A DNA stretch of 64,000 nucleotides, taken from NCBI GenBank assembly GCA_950097015.1, contig CATNEN010000035.1:496001-560000 (forward strand). The letters are read 5' to 3'. Position numbers and translations under genes: made by a program. This document shows positions 51,600 through 64,000 of the stretch, one piece after another (position 1 is the first letter of the stretch; each line of letters begins with the position of its first letter). Below the pieces are notes generated by a model. That model ran no database searches and was not told where the DNA came from. It saw only the letters and a program-made list of their open reading frames with translations. The stretch is from Macrostomum hystrix. Lineage: Eukaryota > Animalia > Platyhelminthes.

Positions 51600-52060
51600 G
51601 TCAAAATAAACAAAATCTCACTCCTCAGTCTCACAATGTCACCCTCTCAGTCTCAAAATCTCACCCTTTCAGTTTCAAAATCTCACCCGCTCTATCTCAA
51701 AATCTACTACTCTCTATCTCAAAACCTTAAAATCTTACCCTCTCAGTCTCAAAATCTCAAAATCTCACCCTTTCAGTCTCAAAATCTCACCCTCTCAGTC
51801 TCAAAATCTTACCCTCTCAGTCTCAAAATCTTACCCTCTCAGTCTCAAAATCTTACCCTCTCAGTCTCAAAATCTCAAAATCTCATCCTCTCTGTCTCTC
51901 AAAATCTCACCCGCTCTATCTCAAAATCTACTATTCTCTATCTCTAAACCTCAAAATCTCATCCTCTAGGTCTCTACCAATCTCAAAATCCCAAAATCTC
52001 ACCATATCAGTCTCAAAATCTCAAAATCCCAACACTTTCTATCGCTCACAATCTCAATCT
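51600..52060. repeat. Degenerate 22-bp minisatellite (CTCAAAATCT[C/T]ACCCTCTCAGT)
   Basis: Directly visible; degenerate copies extend left to about 51420. Confidence 0.75.
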
Positions 52061-53149
52061 CATTTCAAGCCATACCAGCGAGCTCGTTGCCTGATTATAA
52101 AAGAATAATTTCCTTATTTTCTTGGAAACATGTCTATTTTATTTTTGCTTTAACTATTAAATTGCCAAAGCGTAATTTTTTAGTCATGGCAAAGATTATA
52201 ATGATAGTTCTGTATATAATTGGCTAATAATCCTATATCGCCCGAATGAATCTTCATGGCCTGTTATCATATATATACATTAACAATTACTGAACCTATG
52301 CCTGATCAAGCCGAGACAATCATAATATATATTCTTGCTATTCTATGTCAAAATTTATTTCAATAACTGACTCAGTCTTTATCTATTGTCTTCATTTGGC
52401 AAAAATCCATGAGAAAAACGAAATTAGTAAGTAGTAAGTTCGTGTCTTTTACATTTTTCTTTTTCTAATATATTAGCAATGAGAATGTTTTATATTCCCC
52501 TATTAGATCATTTTTTAATCCATAAGAATAGACTAGCAGGATCCATTACATACTATAAAAATGATATATTAGCAATCCTTTCTATCTCATAATCCATGAG
52601 AATAGATTAGCAATCCAATCATATACTATATTCCGCAGTACAGATAGACTTCTTTCTATCTAATACGTGCCAGCTCTGACTTGCCATTGCCGAAAGACAT
52701 TTGGTTTATCTTCCTTATCGACCCGGGACATCTTCGCGAGTGTCAGAGCTACTGTCGCGAATTCCGTCGCAGAGGTAAGCAAGGTCAGATTAGACAGACC
52801 GACGGAACCTAATCCCATCTAGTCCTGGGAGGGCGAATCCCCACCCCTGGATAGCAGCTGCTAGCAGGGAGGGCTTCGGCAAGCAAAGAACAAACACATT
52901 TAACTAATTATTACGAGAAACGAGAAACAGAGCAAGAAAGATGGGCAGCTTGATCATTTTCTACGGCGTCGAAGTAATTTTCTGTAAACAAGGACGACCG
53001 GAGAAGCATCAGTAGAAACAGCAGGTGGTGAGGTATTTCCCCCAGTCAACCCCTGACACCAGGCACAGGATCACAATCTTCGAGGAGAATGCCTGTTCTT
53101 AAATTGCTTCATATAGTCAAGTGTACTCTGTTCACAATTAGTTCTGCAT

Positions 53150-55580
53150 TCTTCTCTTCCACATTCTCCTCTTCCACATTCTCCGACTCCTCCATTATTC
53201 TCTCCCCCTTTTCCTCTCCCCATTCTCCTCTCCCCATTCTCCTCTTCCTCATTCTCCTCTGCCACATTCTCCGACTCCTCCATTATTCTCTCCCCCTTTT
53301 CCTCTCCCCATTCTCCTCTCCCCATTCTCCTCTTCCTCATTCTCCTCTGCCACATTCTCCGACTCCTCCATTATTCTCTCCCCCTTTTCCTCTCCCCATT
53401 CTCCTCTTCCTCATTCTCCTGTGCCACATTCTCCGACTCCTCTATTCTTCTCTCCCCATTCTCCTCTCCCCATTCTCCTCTTCCTCATTCTCCTCTGCCA
53501 CATTCTCCTCTTCCTCATTCTCCTCTGCCTCATTCTCCTCTGCCACATTCTCCGACTCCTCCATTATTCTCTCCCCCTTTTCCTCTCCCCATTCTCCTCT
53601 CCCCATTCTCCTCTTCCCCATTCTCCTCTGCCACATTCTCCGACTCCTCCATTATTCTCTCCCCCTTTTCCTCTCACCATTCTCCTCTCCCCATTCTCCT
53701 CTGCCACATTCTCCGACTCCTCCATTATTCTCTCCCCCTTCTTCTCTCCCCCATTCTCCTCTCCCCCATTCTCCTCTTCCTCATTCTCCTCTCCCCCATT
53801 CTCCTCTGCCACATTCTCCGACTCCTCCATTATTCTCTCCCCCTTCTTCTCTCCCCATTCTCCTCTCCCCATTCTCCTCTTCCTCATTCTCCTCTTCCAC
53901 ATTCTCCGACTCCTCTATTCTTCTCTCCCCATTCTCCTCTCCCCATTCTCCTTTCCCCATTCTCCTTTCCCCCATTCTCCTCTTCCACATTCTCCGACTC
54001 CTCTATTCTTCTCTCCCCATTCTCCTCTCCCCATTCTCCTCTTCCACATTCTCCGACTCCTCTATTCTTCTCTCCCCATTCTCCTCTCCCCCATTCTCCT
54101 CTTCCACATTCTCCTCTTCCTCATTCTCCTCTCCCCATTCTCCTCTTCCTCATTCTCCTCTGCCACATTCTCCGACTCCTCATTCTCCTCTTCCTCATTC
54201 TCCTCTTCCTCATTCTCCTCTCCCCATTCTCCTCTCCCCCATTCTCCTCTTCCACATTCTCCGACTCCTCTATTCTTCTCTCCCCATTCTCCTCTTCCTC
54301 ATTCTCCTCTCCCCCATTCTCCTCTTCCTCATTCTCCTCTGCCACATTCTCCGACTCCTCATTCTCCTCTTCCTCATTCTCCTCTCCCCATTCTCCTCTT
54401 CCTCATTCTCCTCTGCCACATTCTCCGACTCCTCATTCTCCTCTTCCTCATTCTCCTCTTCCTCATTCTCCTCTCCCCATTCTCCTCTCCCCCATTCTCC
54501 TCTCCCCCATTCTCCTCTTCCTCATTCTCCTCTCCCCCATTCTCCTCTTCCTCATTCTCCTCTGCCACATTCTCCGACTCCTCATTCTCCTCTTCCTCAT
54601 TCTCCTCTTCCTCATTCTCCTCTCCCCATTCTCCTCTCCCCCATTCTCCTCTTCCACATTCTCCGACTCCTCTATTCTTCTCTCCCCATTCTCCTCTCCC
54701 CATTCTCCTTTCCCCATTCTCCGACTCCCCCATTCTCCTCTTCCTCATTCTCCTTTCCCCCATTCTCCTCTCCCCATTCTCCTCTTCCTCATTTTCCGAC
54801 TCCCCCATTCTCCTCTCCCCAATTTCCTCTCCCCATTCTCCTCTTCCTCATTCTCCTCTGCCACATTCTCCGACTCCTCCATTATTCTCTCCCCCTTTTC
54901 CTCTCCCCATTCTCCTTTCCCCCATTCTCCTCTTCCTCATTCTCCTCTTCCACATTCTCCGACTCCTCCATTATTCTCTCCCCCTTTTCCTCTCCCCATT
55001 CTCCTCTCCCCATTCTCCTCTCCCCATTCTCCTCTCCCCATTCTCCTCTCCCCATTCTCCTCTCCCCATTCTCCTTTCCCCCATTCTCCTCTCCCCATTC
55101 TCCTCTTCCACATTCTCCTCTTCCTCATTCTCCTCTGCCACATTCTCCGACTCCTCTATTCTTCTCTCCCCCTTTTCCTCTCCCCATTCTCCTCTCCCCA
55201 TTCTCCTCTCCCCATTCTCCTCTCCCCATTCTCCTTTCCCCCATTCTCCTCTCCCCATTCTCCTCTTCCACATTCTCCTCTTCCTCATTCTCCTCTTCCA
55301 CATTCTCCTCTTCCTCATTCTCCTCTGCCACATTCTCCGACTCCTCTATTCTTCTCTCCCCATTCTCCTCTCCCCATTCTCCTCTCCCCCATTCTCCTTT
55401 CCCCATTCTCCTCTTCCACATTCTCCTCTTCCTCATTCTCCTCTTCCACATTCTCCGACTCCTCCATTATTCTCTCCCCCTTTTCCTCTCCCCATTCTCC
55501 TCTCCCCATTCTCCTCTCCCCATTCTCCTCTCCCCATTCTCCTCTCCCTATTCTCCTCTCCCCCATTCTTCCTTCCACCC
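53150..55580. repeat. Complex polypyrimidine minisatellite (ATTCTCCTCT core, 15-bp-scale modules)
   Basis: About 2.4 kb, almost G-free on the plus strand. Confidence 0.9.
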
Positions 55581-56229
55581 ATTCTCAATTAAGAAAGGAA
55601 GATATTTATCGCACTCACAAATATATTTGCTACCTACATTGGTATGCCTAGTCAAATTTATCTGGTAGTAAGGTGCTAATTTATTTTATTCCAGGTAGTT
55701 TTACTAAAGTTCAATAGAATACTAAAATAGCTGGACTATTTACAAGTCATATTGTCAAGTGCTGCAGCTATTGAACATTTTTACGAACAAAATAGTGACT
55801 TTTTGCGCTTTTTATGTTATTTTCTTGTAATTTAAACTCTGCTCTAAATTTACAACACTCAGTTTCGATAGAGTCTTTCAGACTACTTTAAGTAGAATAC
55901 ATATTTTCGAAATTGTATGGAAAGGGTAGCTTAATGTAAATGAGCAAAATGGCGTAAGAGAGTTGTTTACTTGATGGGTGCGATTTATCTACTTTTTCGT
56001 GTAATTATAAAATAACTGCTTTGAGAACGCGTCAAGTAATGTACAAAGATTGAGGTTCGAACCAAGAGGGTGTTTTTTAAAGGACAATGTTTGCACGCTT
56101 AATTGAATAGTAAAAACTCAGTAAGGTGGTTATTGAAAGGAGAAGGTAGTGAGATGTGTGTGTGAGAAACAGTGTTTGTCTCCTTGTTAGCTATTGGGCG
56201 GGAAGATAGGTGGCAGTTAAAAGAAAAAG

Positions 56230-56400
56230 GAGTGAGGTGGCTATCTACGCGGGGCAGGGAGTGAGGTGGCTGTCTACACGGGGTAGGGAGTGAGGTGGCT
56301 GTCTACACGGGCCGTAAATAAGGCGGCTTTCTATGCAGGCAGGGAGTGAGGTGGCGGTCTTGGCGGGGCAGGTGGGAGTGAGGTGGCTATCTAGGCTGGC
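56230..56400 (+). repeat. Short degenerate repeat with GGGAGTGAGGTGGCT core
   Basis: About 5 diverged units. Confidence 0.6.
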
Positions 56401-56608
56401 AGGGAATGTTTGGCTTTCTAGGCGGCGAGAAGTGAGTGACTGTCTAACGAGACAAAGCGGTAAGTTTAAGAGTGTTTAGGTAAATGTTCACTGGGAAATA
56501 TTTTGAGAAGGTTTAGATTAATGTGTAGCTTCGTGAACGGTGAGATATTAATTTAGGCGTCAATTGGAGTTGTCCAAAAAGTTCTCCAATAAAAGTCGTC
56601 GGGAATTA

Positions 56609-59600
56609 TCAAAATAATGTCGCTGCCTCCTCGCTCATCGCAGCCCGCATTTCGTCATTGTCAACGGCGCGAGAAAACAATCGACGACTCTCTTCGCCTC
56701 GACCGGAGGTCTCGTCGACAACTGAGTTGCTGGCCAGCTGCATCAGCCACATTGGGCGCTCGGAGGCTGTGCCGCTGTCGGCGCAGCTGCAGGCCTGAGG
56801 TGAGGCGCAGCGGCCCCACTGAGGAGAAGTCGGCTGCGGAGCCGCCTGGCGCATCCAGAGCTCCCGCTGATCGGCGCTGAGGCCGCCGCTCTCGCCAGAC
56901 GGCAGGCTTCGCAGAGGACGGTAGAAAAACGCTCCGCTGCGCTCCGGACTGCCAGTGACGACGCCGGCGCCGATGGCGGAGGCGGCGGCCGCGGCGGCTG
57001 CCGCGTGCGTCGGCATGTACTCGCGGGTTGGCAGAGCCGGGCTGAGTCGCTGGGTGGTCAGAGACGACGCTGCGTAGGGCGGCATCGGCGGCGGCGTCGG
57101 CGGAGTCGCCTCGACGATGAACAGGTCGTGCTCTACGTCAGTTCCGACTGTGCGACGATGTCGATGAAGATTCGAACCACCGACCTGCACGCTCTGGTTG
57201 GAGTCATTAAAGTGAAACTATTTTTGCTAATCGTCCAGTTTTCTTTCCTTGCGTTTTCCACAGCACACAGCGTGAAACAATAATAATAATTGCCGGAGGG
57301 CTGCGGGCAATGGCACATCATTTGGTGACACTAGACCCGCAGCCAGCGAGGAGGCAATTCTGCCCATTTCGCTGACTCCTGAGCACACACGCACACAGAT
57401 ACCCTTCGCAGGCACACACTCACACAGGTGTGTACATCTACCCTGAATTTCTCATCGTCAGCAGTGTACACTCTCACTGTGCATCGGAGGCTGGCCCTCA
57501 AGGGCGTAAATTGCACCACAAGCCCCCAAGCCTTCTCTCCGCGGCTGCGCCCCAAATGAATGTGGCCTCGCCGCGGAATCGAACTTAAGTACCTTGGTGC
57601 GAGAGGCAAACGCGTTAACCGCTCTGCCACCGACCCCCAGGAGTCAGTGGAATGGCACCGATATTAGCTCGTATAACCGCACCACCCTACTTAGAGTAGT
57701 GTCTGTAAGACTCAAACGCATAGATATTATAATCGATGAAAATCTAAAGCTTGCCTGGGACCGCTCGTTCTCTCGTTTGGCGCGCCTCCAGAAATCGAAG
57801 TCCCTCCGGCGCTGTCTGAAATGTCAGAGCAGCTCTGGAGAAGGAACTGCTCAAAATTGGATAATTTTAATGGCCAAATTACCTCGATAGGTACCAGGAT
57901 ATTAGCATGATGAGCATGAACATGGTGAATACGAGGCCGATGCCCGTCACCGTCAGGATTCGATCAGTTCGGTGAAAGCAGTCTGAAAATGGAGCAGATT
58001 TTCAAATAGCGAAGCTATTTTTGTTTATGAAAATTTTTTATATTTGTTTGTATCCATCTCTAAACGTTTTTCATCTCCTTTCGTTTCCATATATCAATCC
58101 GTCCCATCTATCTCTATTCGTTTCTATCTATCTCTATCCATTTGTATATATCTTTATCCGTTTCTATCTATCTCTATCCATTTGTATATATATTTATCCG
58201 TTTCCATCTATCTCTATCCGTTTCTATCTATCTCTATCCATTTTTATATATCTTTATCCGTTTCTATCTATCTCTATCCATTTTTATATATCTTTATCCG
58301 TTTCTATCTATCTCTATCCATTTGTATATATATTTATCCGTTTCATTCTATCTCTATCCGTTTCCATCTATCTCTATCCGTTTCTATCTATCTCTATCCA
58401 TTTGTATATATCTCTATCCGTTTCTATCTATCTCTATCCGTTTCCATCTGTCTCTATCCGTTTCTATCTATCTCTATCCGTTTCCATCTATCTCTATCTG
58501 TTTCCATCTGTCTCTATCCGTTTCTATCTATCTCTATCCGTTTCCATCTATCTCTATCCGTTTCTATCTATCTCTATCTGTTTCTATCCATCTCTATCCG
58601 TTTCTATTCATCTCTATCTGTTTCTATCCATCTCTATCCGTTTCTATCCATCTCTATCTGTTTCTATCCATCTCTATCCGTTTCTATCTATCTCTGTTTG
58701 TTTTTACACTTATCTGTTTGTTTCTATTCCAATTTTCTGTCTCTATTTACCTCTGTTCGTGCAAAAATAAATCACGATGGTCGGCCTGAACTAAAATTCG
58801 CTACCTATACTTCAAACTCACCCAGCACTTTACCCTTGCAGGTTTCGCTGTAGTTTTGAAACGGCGCGAAATTCTTCTCGCACCGGTCGCCATAGAAGGG
58901 ATGTGAGCAGCTGATCAGAGTGGATTGGAGATGAGAGGTTGGGGGGTAGAATTTAATACAGGAAATGTAGCACACTGTCTCGCTTTTGCCGACCTCCCTG
59001 CGGCCAAGTTAGTGACCCACACACTCCGGCTCAAAAAATTAGCTAATTAGGTGGAAGAAAAGATCAGGTAAAAAAACTGGAATTAGAGATAGGTTTTTTC
59101 GCCTTCTTTAACAGAAGTAAACGCATACGAAAGCTAGGCATTTGTGGTGCGAGAGAGGCGAGGTCAAGTCACCAGAGAGCAAGGTAAGACGATATGGCTG
59201 AAGAATTAGACAATGAGATCGTTGAATTTAAAACCAATCAACAGTTAGGTTTGTCTAATTGAAGTTGGCAAGAACTTACTTTAGTTGTTTTTGTGTTGTC
59301 CTCTTATGGACGAGGCAATTTTTTCGATTGATTCAGTGAGTGAGGTGGCAGTTTAACTGGGCAGAAGGTGTGATTGGTGTCTGTCTTTCATGGAGTGAGG
59401 TGGCTGTTTAACTGGGCAGGGGGTAAGGTGGGCGCCTACATTTTAAGGAGTGAGGTGGCTGTTTATATGGGCAGAGGGTGTGATTGGTGTCTATCTTTCA
59501 TGGAGTGAGGCGGCTGTTTAACTGGGCAGAGGGTGTGATTGGTGTCTATCTTTCATGGAGTAAGGTGGCTGTTTAACTGGGCAGGGGGTAAGGTGGGCGC

Positions 59601-61589
59601 CTACATTTTAAGGAGTGAGGTGGCTGTTTATATGGGCAGGGGGTGAGGTGGGCGCCTACATTTATTTCATGGAGTGAGGTGGCTGTTTAACTGGGCAGGG
59701 GGTGTGATTGGTGTCTATCTTTCATGGAGTGAGGTGGCTGTTTAACTGGGCAGGGGGTGTGATTGATGTCTATCTTTCATGGAGTGAGGTGGCTGTTTAA
59801 CTGGGCAGGGGGTGTGATTGATGTCTATCTTTCATGGAGTGAGGTGGCTGTTTAACTGGGCAGGGGGTGTGATTGGTGTCTATCTTTCATGGAGTGAGGT
59901 GTCTGTTCAACTGGGCAGGGAGTGAGTTGGATGACAACAGACAAAAGTGGAAAAAACTTAAATAATGAAAACTATAATGAGGAAGAGAAGGCAGTGGAAT
60001 AAAATAAATTAAGAAATTTAAGTAAAAAATGAGTGCTCAGTATGGAAAAGGAGAATCGAACGAAAACATTATGGAAAGAGATAAACATAAAGGAATGAAA
60101 GTGATGAGAAGGAATAAGTGGCTGACGGAAAGCTAATTTCGATTAAAAATCAATCAATTCTTCCTCAAAGACAAATATGCGGAAGAAAACAGTGATGAAA
60201 GAGTTCTCGGTTGTTGGGAATGTCAGCTGCAGCTGACATTCCACTCCCGCAAGTAGCTCTGCTTTTGACAAGACACTAACTGAAATCATTAGCCTCTCAA
60301 TCCTCGAATCTTTCTAAAAAAAATTTCTACGATTGTCAGGATTCGAAACTCACACCTTTTTTGGTGTAGAAAGGAGTTTAGCCAATCATTTGGAAAGTAA
60401 AGCGTTGTAAAACTTCTGGGTTAATTAGAGATGGTTCGTAGCTTCAATAAAATAACTTCTATTTAGTTACGAGCGTATTTTAAAGGCAAAAGCTGTGATG
60501 ATTCAGCAGCGCAGGTCTGCACGCTTTGTTCGCGTAAAACAAAAGAACTTTGGGCCTGATGGAGGCACATAAATAGAACTGTTTAGCCGCATGGAGAAAC
60601 TCCATAGTGAGGATATCAAAATTTCACCGTTTTTTGTGAATTGCTGTATTTGCAGATAAGATGATTGGATAGACAAGTGGACAGACAGTGGACAGACAAG
60701 TCGACAGACAGTGGACAGACAAGTGGACAGACAGTGGACAGACAAGTCGACAGACAGTGGACAGACAAGTGGACAGATAAATGGACAGATAATTGAACAG
60801 ACATGTGGACAGACAAGAGGACAGAAAGTGAACAGACAAGTCGACAGACAAGAGGACAGAAAGTGAACAGACAAGTGGACAGATAATTGAACAGACATGT
60901 GGACAGATAAGTGGACAGACAAGTGGACAGATAAGTGGGCAGACAAGTGGACAGATAAGTGGACAGATAAGTGGACAGATAAGTGGACAGATAAGTGGAT
61001 GGCCAGATTGGTCAACCCAAAAGTGGACCTGATTCAGATTTCAAAGCGAAGCATCACTAAGCCCATAATTGAGTATTTTAATGAGTTTATAGTTTCCAGG
61101 AAAGCAAAGCTAAAGAAAGTTGTCAGAAAACCAGCATCAACAAAACCTGTTCTGCTCTCTCTGCAGCAGCAATCGGGGAGGGAGGGGAGGGTAGAATTTT
61201 AATTAATCTGCCCGGACTGCAAGAGCGAAGCGAGACAAAAAATTGACCCCGATCTAGTCTTGTGTGCCCCCCTCCCCCCGGCTGAGCAGCTAGGGGCTCC
61301 CGAAAGGTTGGAAGCTTGACACGCACTAGCCTGCAGAAGTGCAGGTCAAGATTAAATAACTAGAAATCAATGCAAGCAGGTGGACAGACTCACTTGCAGA
61401 CGAAGCTGTTGATGTCCTGTGCGCTTCTCGAGCAGGTGCCATTGTTCAGACAGTACACGGACGGGCAAGAGTCTGCAACAAAACTTTGCTTGCAATACAA
61501 AAAAACAAACTGCAATTATCACCTTTGAGACTTACCAAGACGAGCTGGGCCCACTGTTGTTGCTGGACCTGGCGTTGATTGCGGTCTCA
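56609..61589 (-). CDS. Membrane-anchored EGF-family growth factor precursor (ErbB/EGFR-ligand, neuregulin/TGF-alpha-like); 5' exons unresolved
   Basis: Exons (minus): 61589-61536, 61472-61394, 58910-58834, 57982-57883, 57815-57755 (GC donor), 57193 (or 57217)-56609. Phases 1,2,1,2,0 all match. The translation reads ...RLDSCPSVYCLNNGTCSRSAQDINSFVCNCSHPFYGDRCEKNF...RILTVTGIGLVFTMFMLIMLISWYLSRQRRRDFDFWRR..., i.e. a six-Cys EGF domain, a TM helix, a basic stop-transfer segment and a low-complexity tail ending ATLF. Confidence 0.85.
57279..57636 (-). mobile_element. tRNA-derived SINE, copy 2, in the last intron of the EGF-ligand gene
   Basis: Same head (GGTGGCAGAGCGGTTAACGCG...GTTCGATTCC), body and (ATT)n tail as 32651-33017, with scattered substitutions. 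No clear TSD seen. Confidence 0.85.
58100..58720. repeat. 20-bp minisatellite (TCTCTATCCGTTTCTATCTA) in an EGF-gene intron
   Basis: About 30 units. Confidence 0.9.
59335..59925 (+). repeat. About 55-bp minisatellite (GGAGTGAGGTGGCTGTTTAACTGGGCAGGGGGTGTGATTG...) in an EGF-gene intron
   Basis: About 10 units. Confidence 0.85.
60670..61000. repeat. 12-bp minisatellite (GGACAGA[C/T]AAGT)
   Basis: Directly visible. Confidence 0.85.
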
Positions 61590-61639
61590 CTAAAATTTCC
61601 GATTAGCAGAAGTCGACAATAAAGTTAGGGGGGCAAGGG

Positions 61640-62980
61640 TCAGAGAATGGAGTGAGGTTGGGCAGGGTCAGAGAATGGAGTGATGTTGGGCAGGGCAGGG
61701 TCAGGGAATGGAGTGAGGTTGGGCAGGGTCAGAGAATGGAGTGATGTTGGGCAGGGTCAGAGAATGGAGTGATGTTGGGCAGGGCAGGGTCAGGGAATGG
61801 AGTGAGGTTGGGCAGGGTCAGGGAATGGAGCGAGGCGGGGCAGGGTCAGAGAATGGAGTGATGTTGAGCAGGGTCAGGGAATGGAGTGATGTTGGGCAGG
61901 GCAGGGTCAGGGAATGGAGTGAGGTTGGGCAGGGTCAGGGAATGGAGCGAGGCGGGGCAGGGTCAGAGAATGGAGTGATGTTGGGCAGGGTCAGGGAATG
62001 GAGTGATGTTGGGCAGTGTCAGAGAATGGAGTGATGTTGGGCAGGGTCAGGGAATGGAGCGAAGCCGGGCAGGGTCAGAGAATGGAGTGATGTTGGGCAG
62101 GGCAGGGTCAGGGAATGGAGTGAGGTTGGGCAGGGTCAGGGAATGGAGTGAGGTTGGGCAGGGTCAGGGAATGGAGTGATGTTGGGCAGTGTCAGAGAAT
62201 GGAGTGATGTTGGGCAGGGTCAGGGAATGGAGTGATGTTGGGCAGTGTCAGAGAATGGAGTGATGTTGGGCAGGGTCAGGGAATGGAGCGAGGCGGGGCA
62301 GGGTCAGAGAATGGAGTGATGTTGGGCAGGGTCAGGGAATGGAGTGATGTTGGGCAGTGTCAGAGAATGGAGTGATGTTGGGCAGGGTCAGGGAATGGAG
62401 CGAGGCGGGGCAGGGTCAGAGAATGGAGTGATGTTGGGCAGGGTCAGGGAATGGAGTGATGTTGGGCAGTGTCAGAGAATGGAGTGATGTTGGGCAGGGT
62501 CAGGGAATGGAGCGAAGCCGGGCAGGGTCAGAGAATGGAGTGATGTTGGGCAGGGCAGGGTCAGGGAATGGAGTGAGGTTGGGCAGGGTCAGGGAATGGA
62601 GTGAGGTTGGGCAGGGTCAGGGAATGGAGTGAGGTTGGGCAGGGTCAGGGAATGGAGTGAGGTTGGGCAGGGTCAGGGAATGGAGTGAGGTTGGGCAGGG
62701 TCAGGGAATGGAGCGAGGCGGGGCAGGGTAGAGAATGGAGTGATGTTGGGCAGGGCAGGGTCAGGGAATGGAGTGATGTTGGGCAGGGTCAGGGAATGGA
62801 GCGAGGCGGGGCAGGGTCAGGGAATGGAGTGATGTTGGGCGGGGTCAGAGAATGGAGTGATGTTGGGCGGGGTCAGAGAATGGAGTGAGGTTGGGCAGGG
62901 TCAGGGAATGGAGCGAGGCGGGGCAGGGTCAGAGAATGGAGTGATGTTGGGCGGGGTCAGAGAATGGAGTGAGGTGGGTC
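61640..62980 (+). repeat. 27/32-bp G-rich minisatellite (GGAATGGAGTGA[G/T]GTTGGGCAGGGTCA)
   Basis: About 48 units. Confidence 0.9.
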
Positions 62981-64000
62981 ATTTCTGTGATGATTGTCAT
63001 TGTGCGGGATACAATTTGTATATTTCCAATTCGCAGTGAACAGTTTTTGTTCTCTAGAATGAAAAAGTATGGAATACAAATACTTCAAGCTGAGAAGGTC
63101 TGGGCATCGAACAGACGACTGTCGGCATTTCTTAGTCTCAGGTAAAAAATTAGTTCATCACATATTGACGCAGCAAAGCTTTCTATCTTCCTTCCGAAAG
63201 TGGCCAACTATGGTTAGAGGCGGATTAGGCTTTGAATCTCCGAGCGTGCTGGGTAGGCAGTGCGCTCTGGAGAGGATATCAGATGCACAGAATTTACTCA
63301 GCGCAGGATGCAGGGGTTGTGGGACTGCATGAAACTTCGATTCCACCTTGCCCACTCTCGCCCTGCCTCTACACTGGGCGGCCCTCTCACACACTGAGCC
63401 GGACGTGGAGACAGGAGGTGGAAAGGCGAAGTTCAACTGCTGCTCATCTTGCACTCTCAACTTTTGTCGGCTTCATCCGCAGGGATATCATCATTGGGTA
63501 AAGGGGGAGATTTATCCCCCAACGAGGAAATCCTTTTCCCTCCTTCCATCCCGTGTTTTACTGTGGGGAAGCTTTCCCAGCTGTGAGCACTGCATGCTGG
63601 AGCTTTTGTTCGATTCTCGCCTATGCGAGGCGCAAAGTTTTCTTCAGTGTATTCCCTGCTGTTAGAAGCAGAGCCAGTGCCATTCTGTTTGCCGGGCGTG
63701 ACTACAAGTGGCCACCTGATTTTGCCGAGAAAGGTTTTTTTGTTCGCTCGCTCTCTTATTGTCACCTACTCACTCCAGTCAATTCTACTCAATTGGAGTT
63801 TTTAAACTTGAGTCAAACCGCGCTTAGGCGTTTTGAGAAGTATTTGAGCAGATCAATTTTTGTGGAAAAACAATTTCTATCTTTCTCACTAGACAGTCAT
63901 GAGGGACAGCACAGCAGAAGAAGAAGAACAAGAGGGACATGGAGAAAGAGTGAGTGCAACAGGCAAATGAGGAAGTGGAGTCAGGTGAAATCCAACACTT

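Noticed and set aside
53071-55668. 859/723-aa Pro/Ser/Leu ORFs and Glu/Arg/Gly antisense ORFs
   Set aside because: Translations of a polypyrimidine array.
63000-63800. Short ORFs that might be the missing 5' exons of the EGF gene
   Set aside because: No phase-1 donor with a convincing signal peptide or Ig-like frame could be identified.

Overview
Eukaryotic (animal) genomic DNA, not prokaryotic. GC-rich exons with CAG/poly-Gln tracts sit among about 29 distinct tandem-repeat arrays, which I estimate by eye cover roughly half the window. This style resembles the flatworm Macrostomum, which is an inference only. Splice-phase-consistent reconstruction gives six protein-coding genes: an AMPK gamma subunit with a long N-terminal extension (minus strand, runs off the left edge), an intronless SLC36/PAT amino-acid transporter (-), a 10-exon LRRC74-like LRR/EF-hand protein (-), an intronless ETX/MTX2 (aerolysin-like) pore-forming protein (-), a two-exon four-pass claudin-like membrane protein (+), and a membrane-anchored EGF-family (ErbB-ligand-type) precursor (-). 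The EGF gene is split into small exons that the ORF track mostly misses, and its 5' end is unresolved. There are also two copies of a tRNA-derived SINE, a CORE/MIR-like SINE remnant and a short interstitial (TTAGGG)n. Almost all very long ORFs in the track are translations of minisatellites and are rejected. Array boundaries are approximate. No database searches were run.
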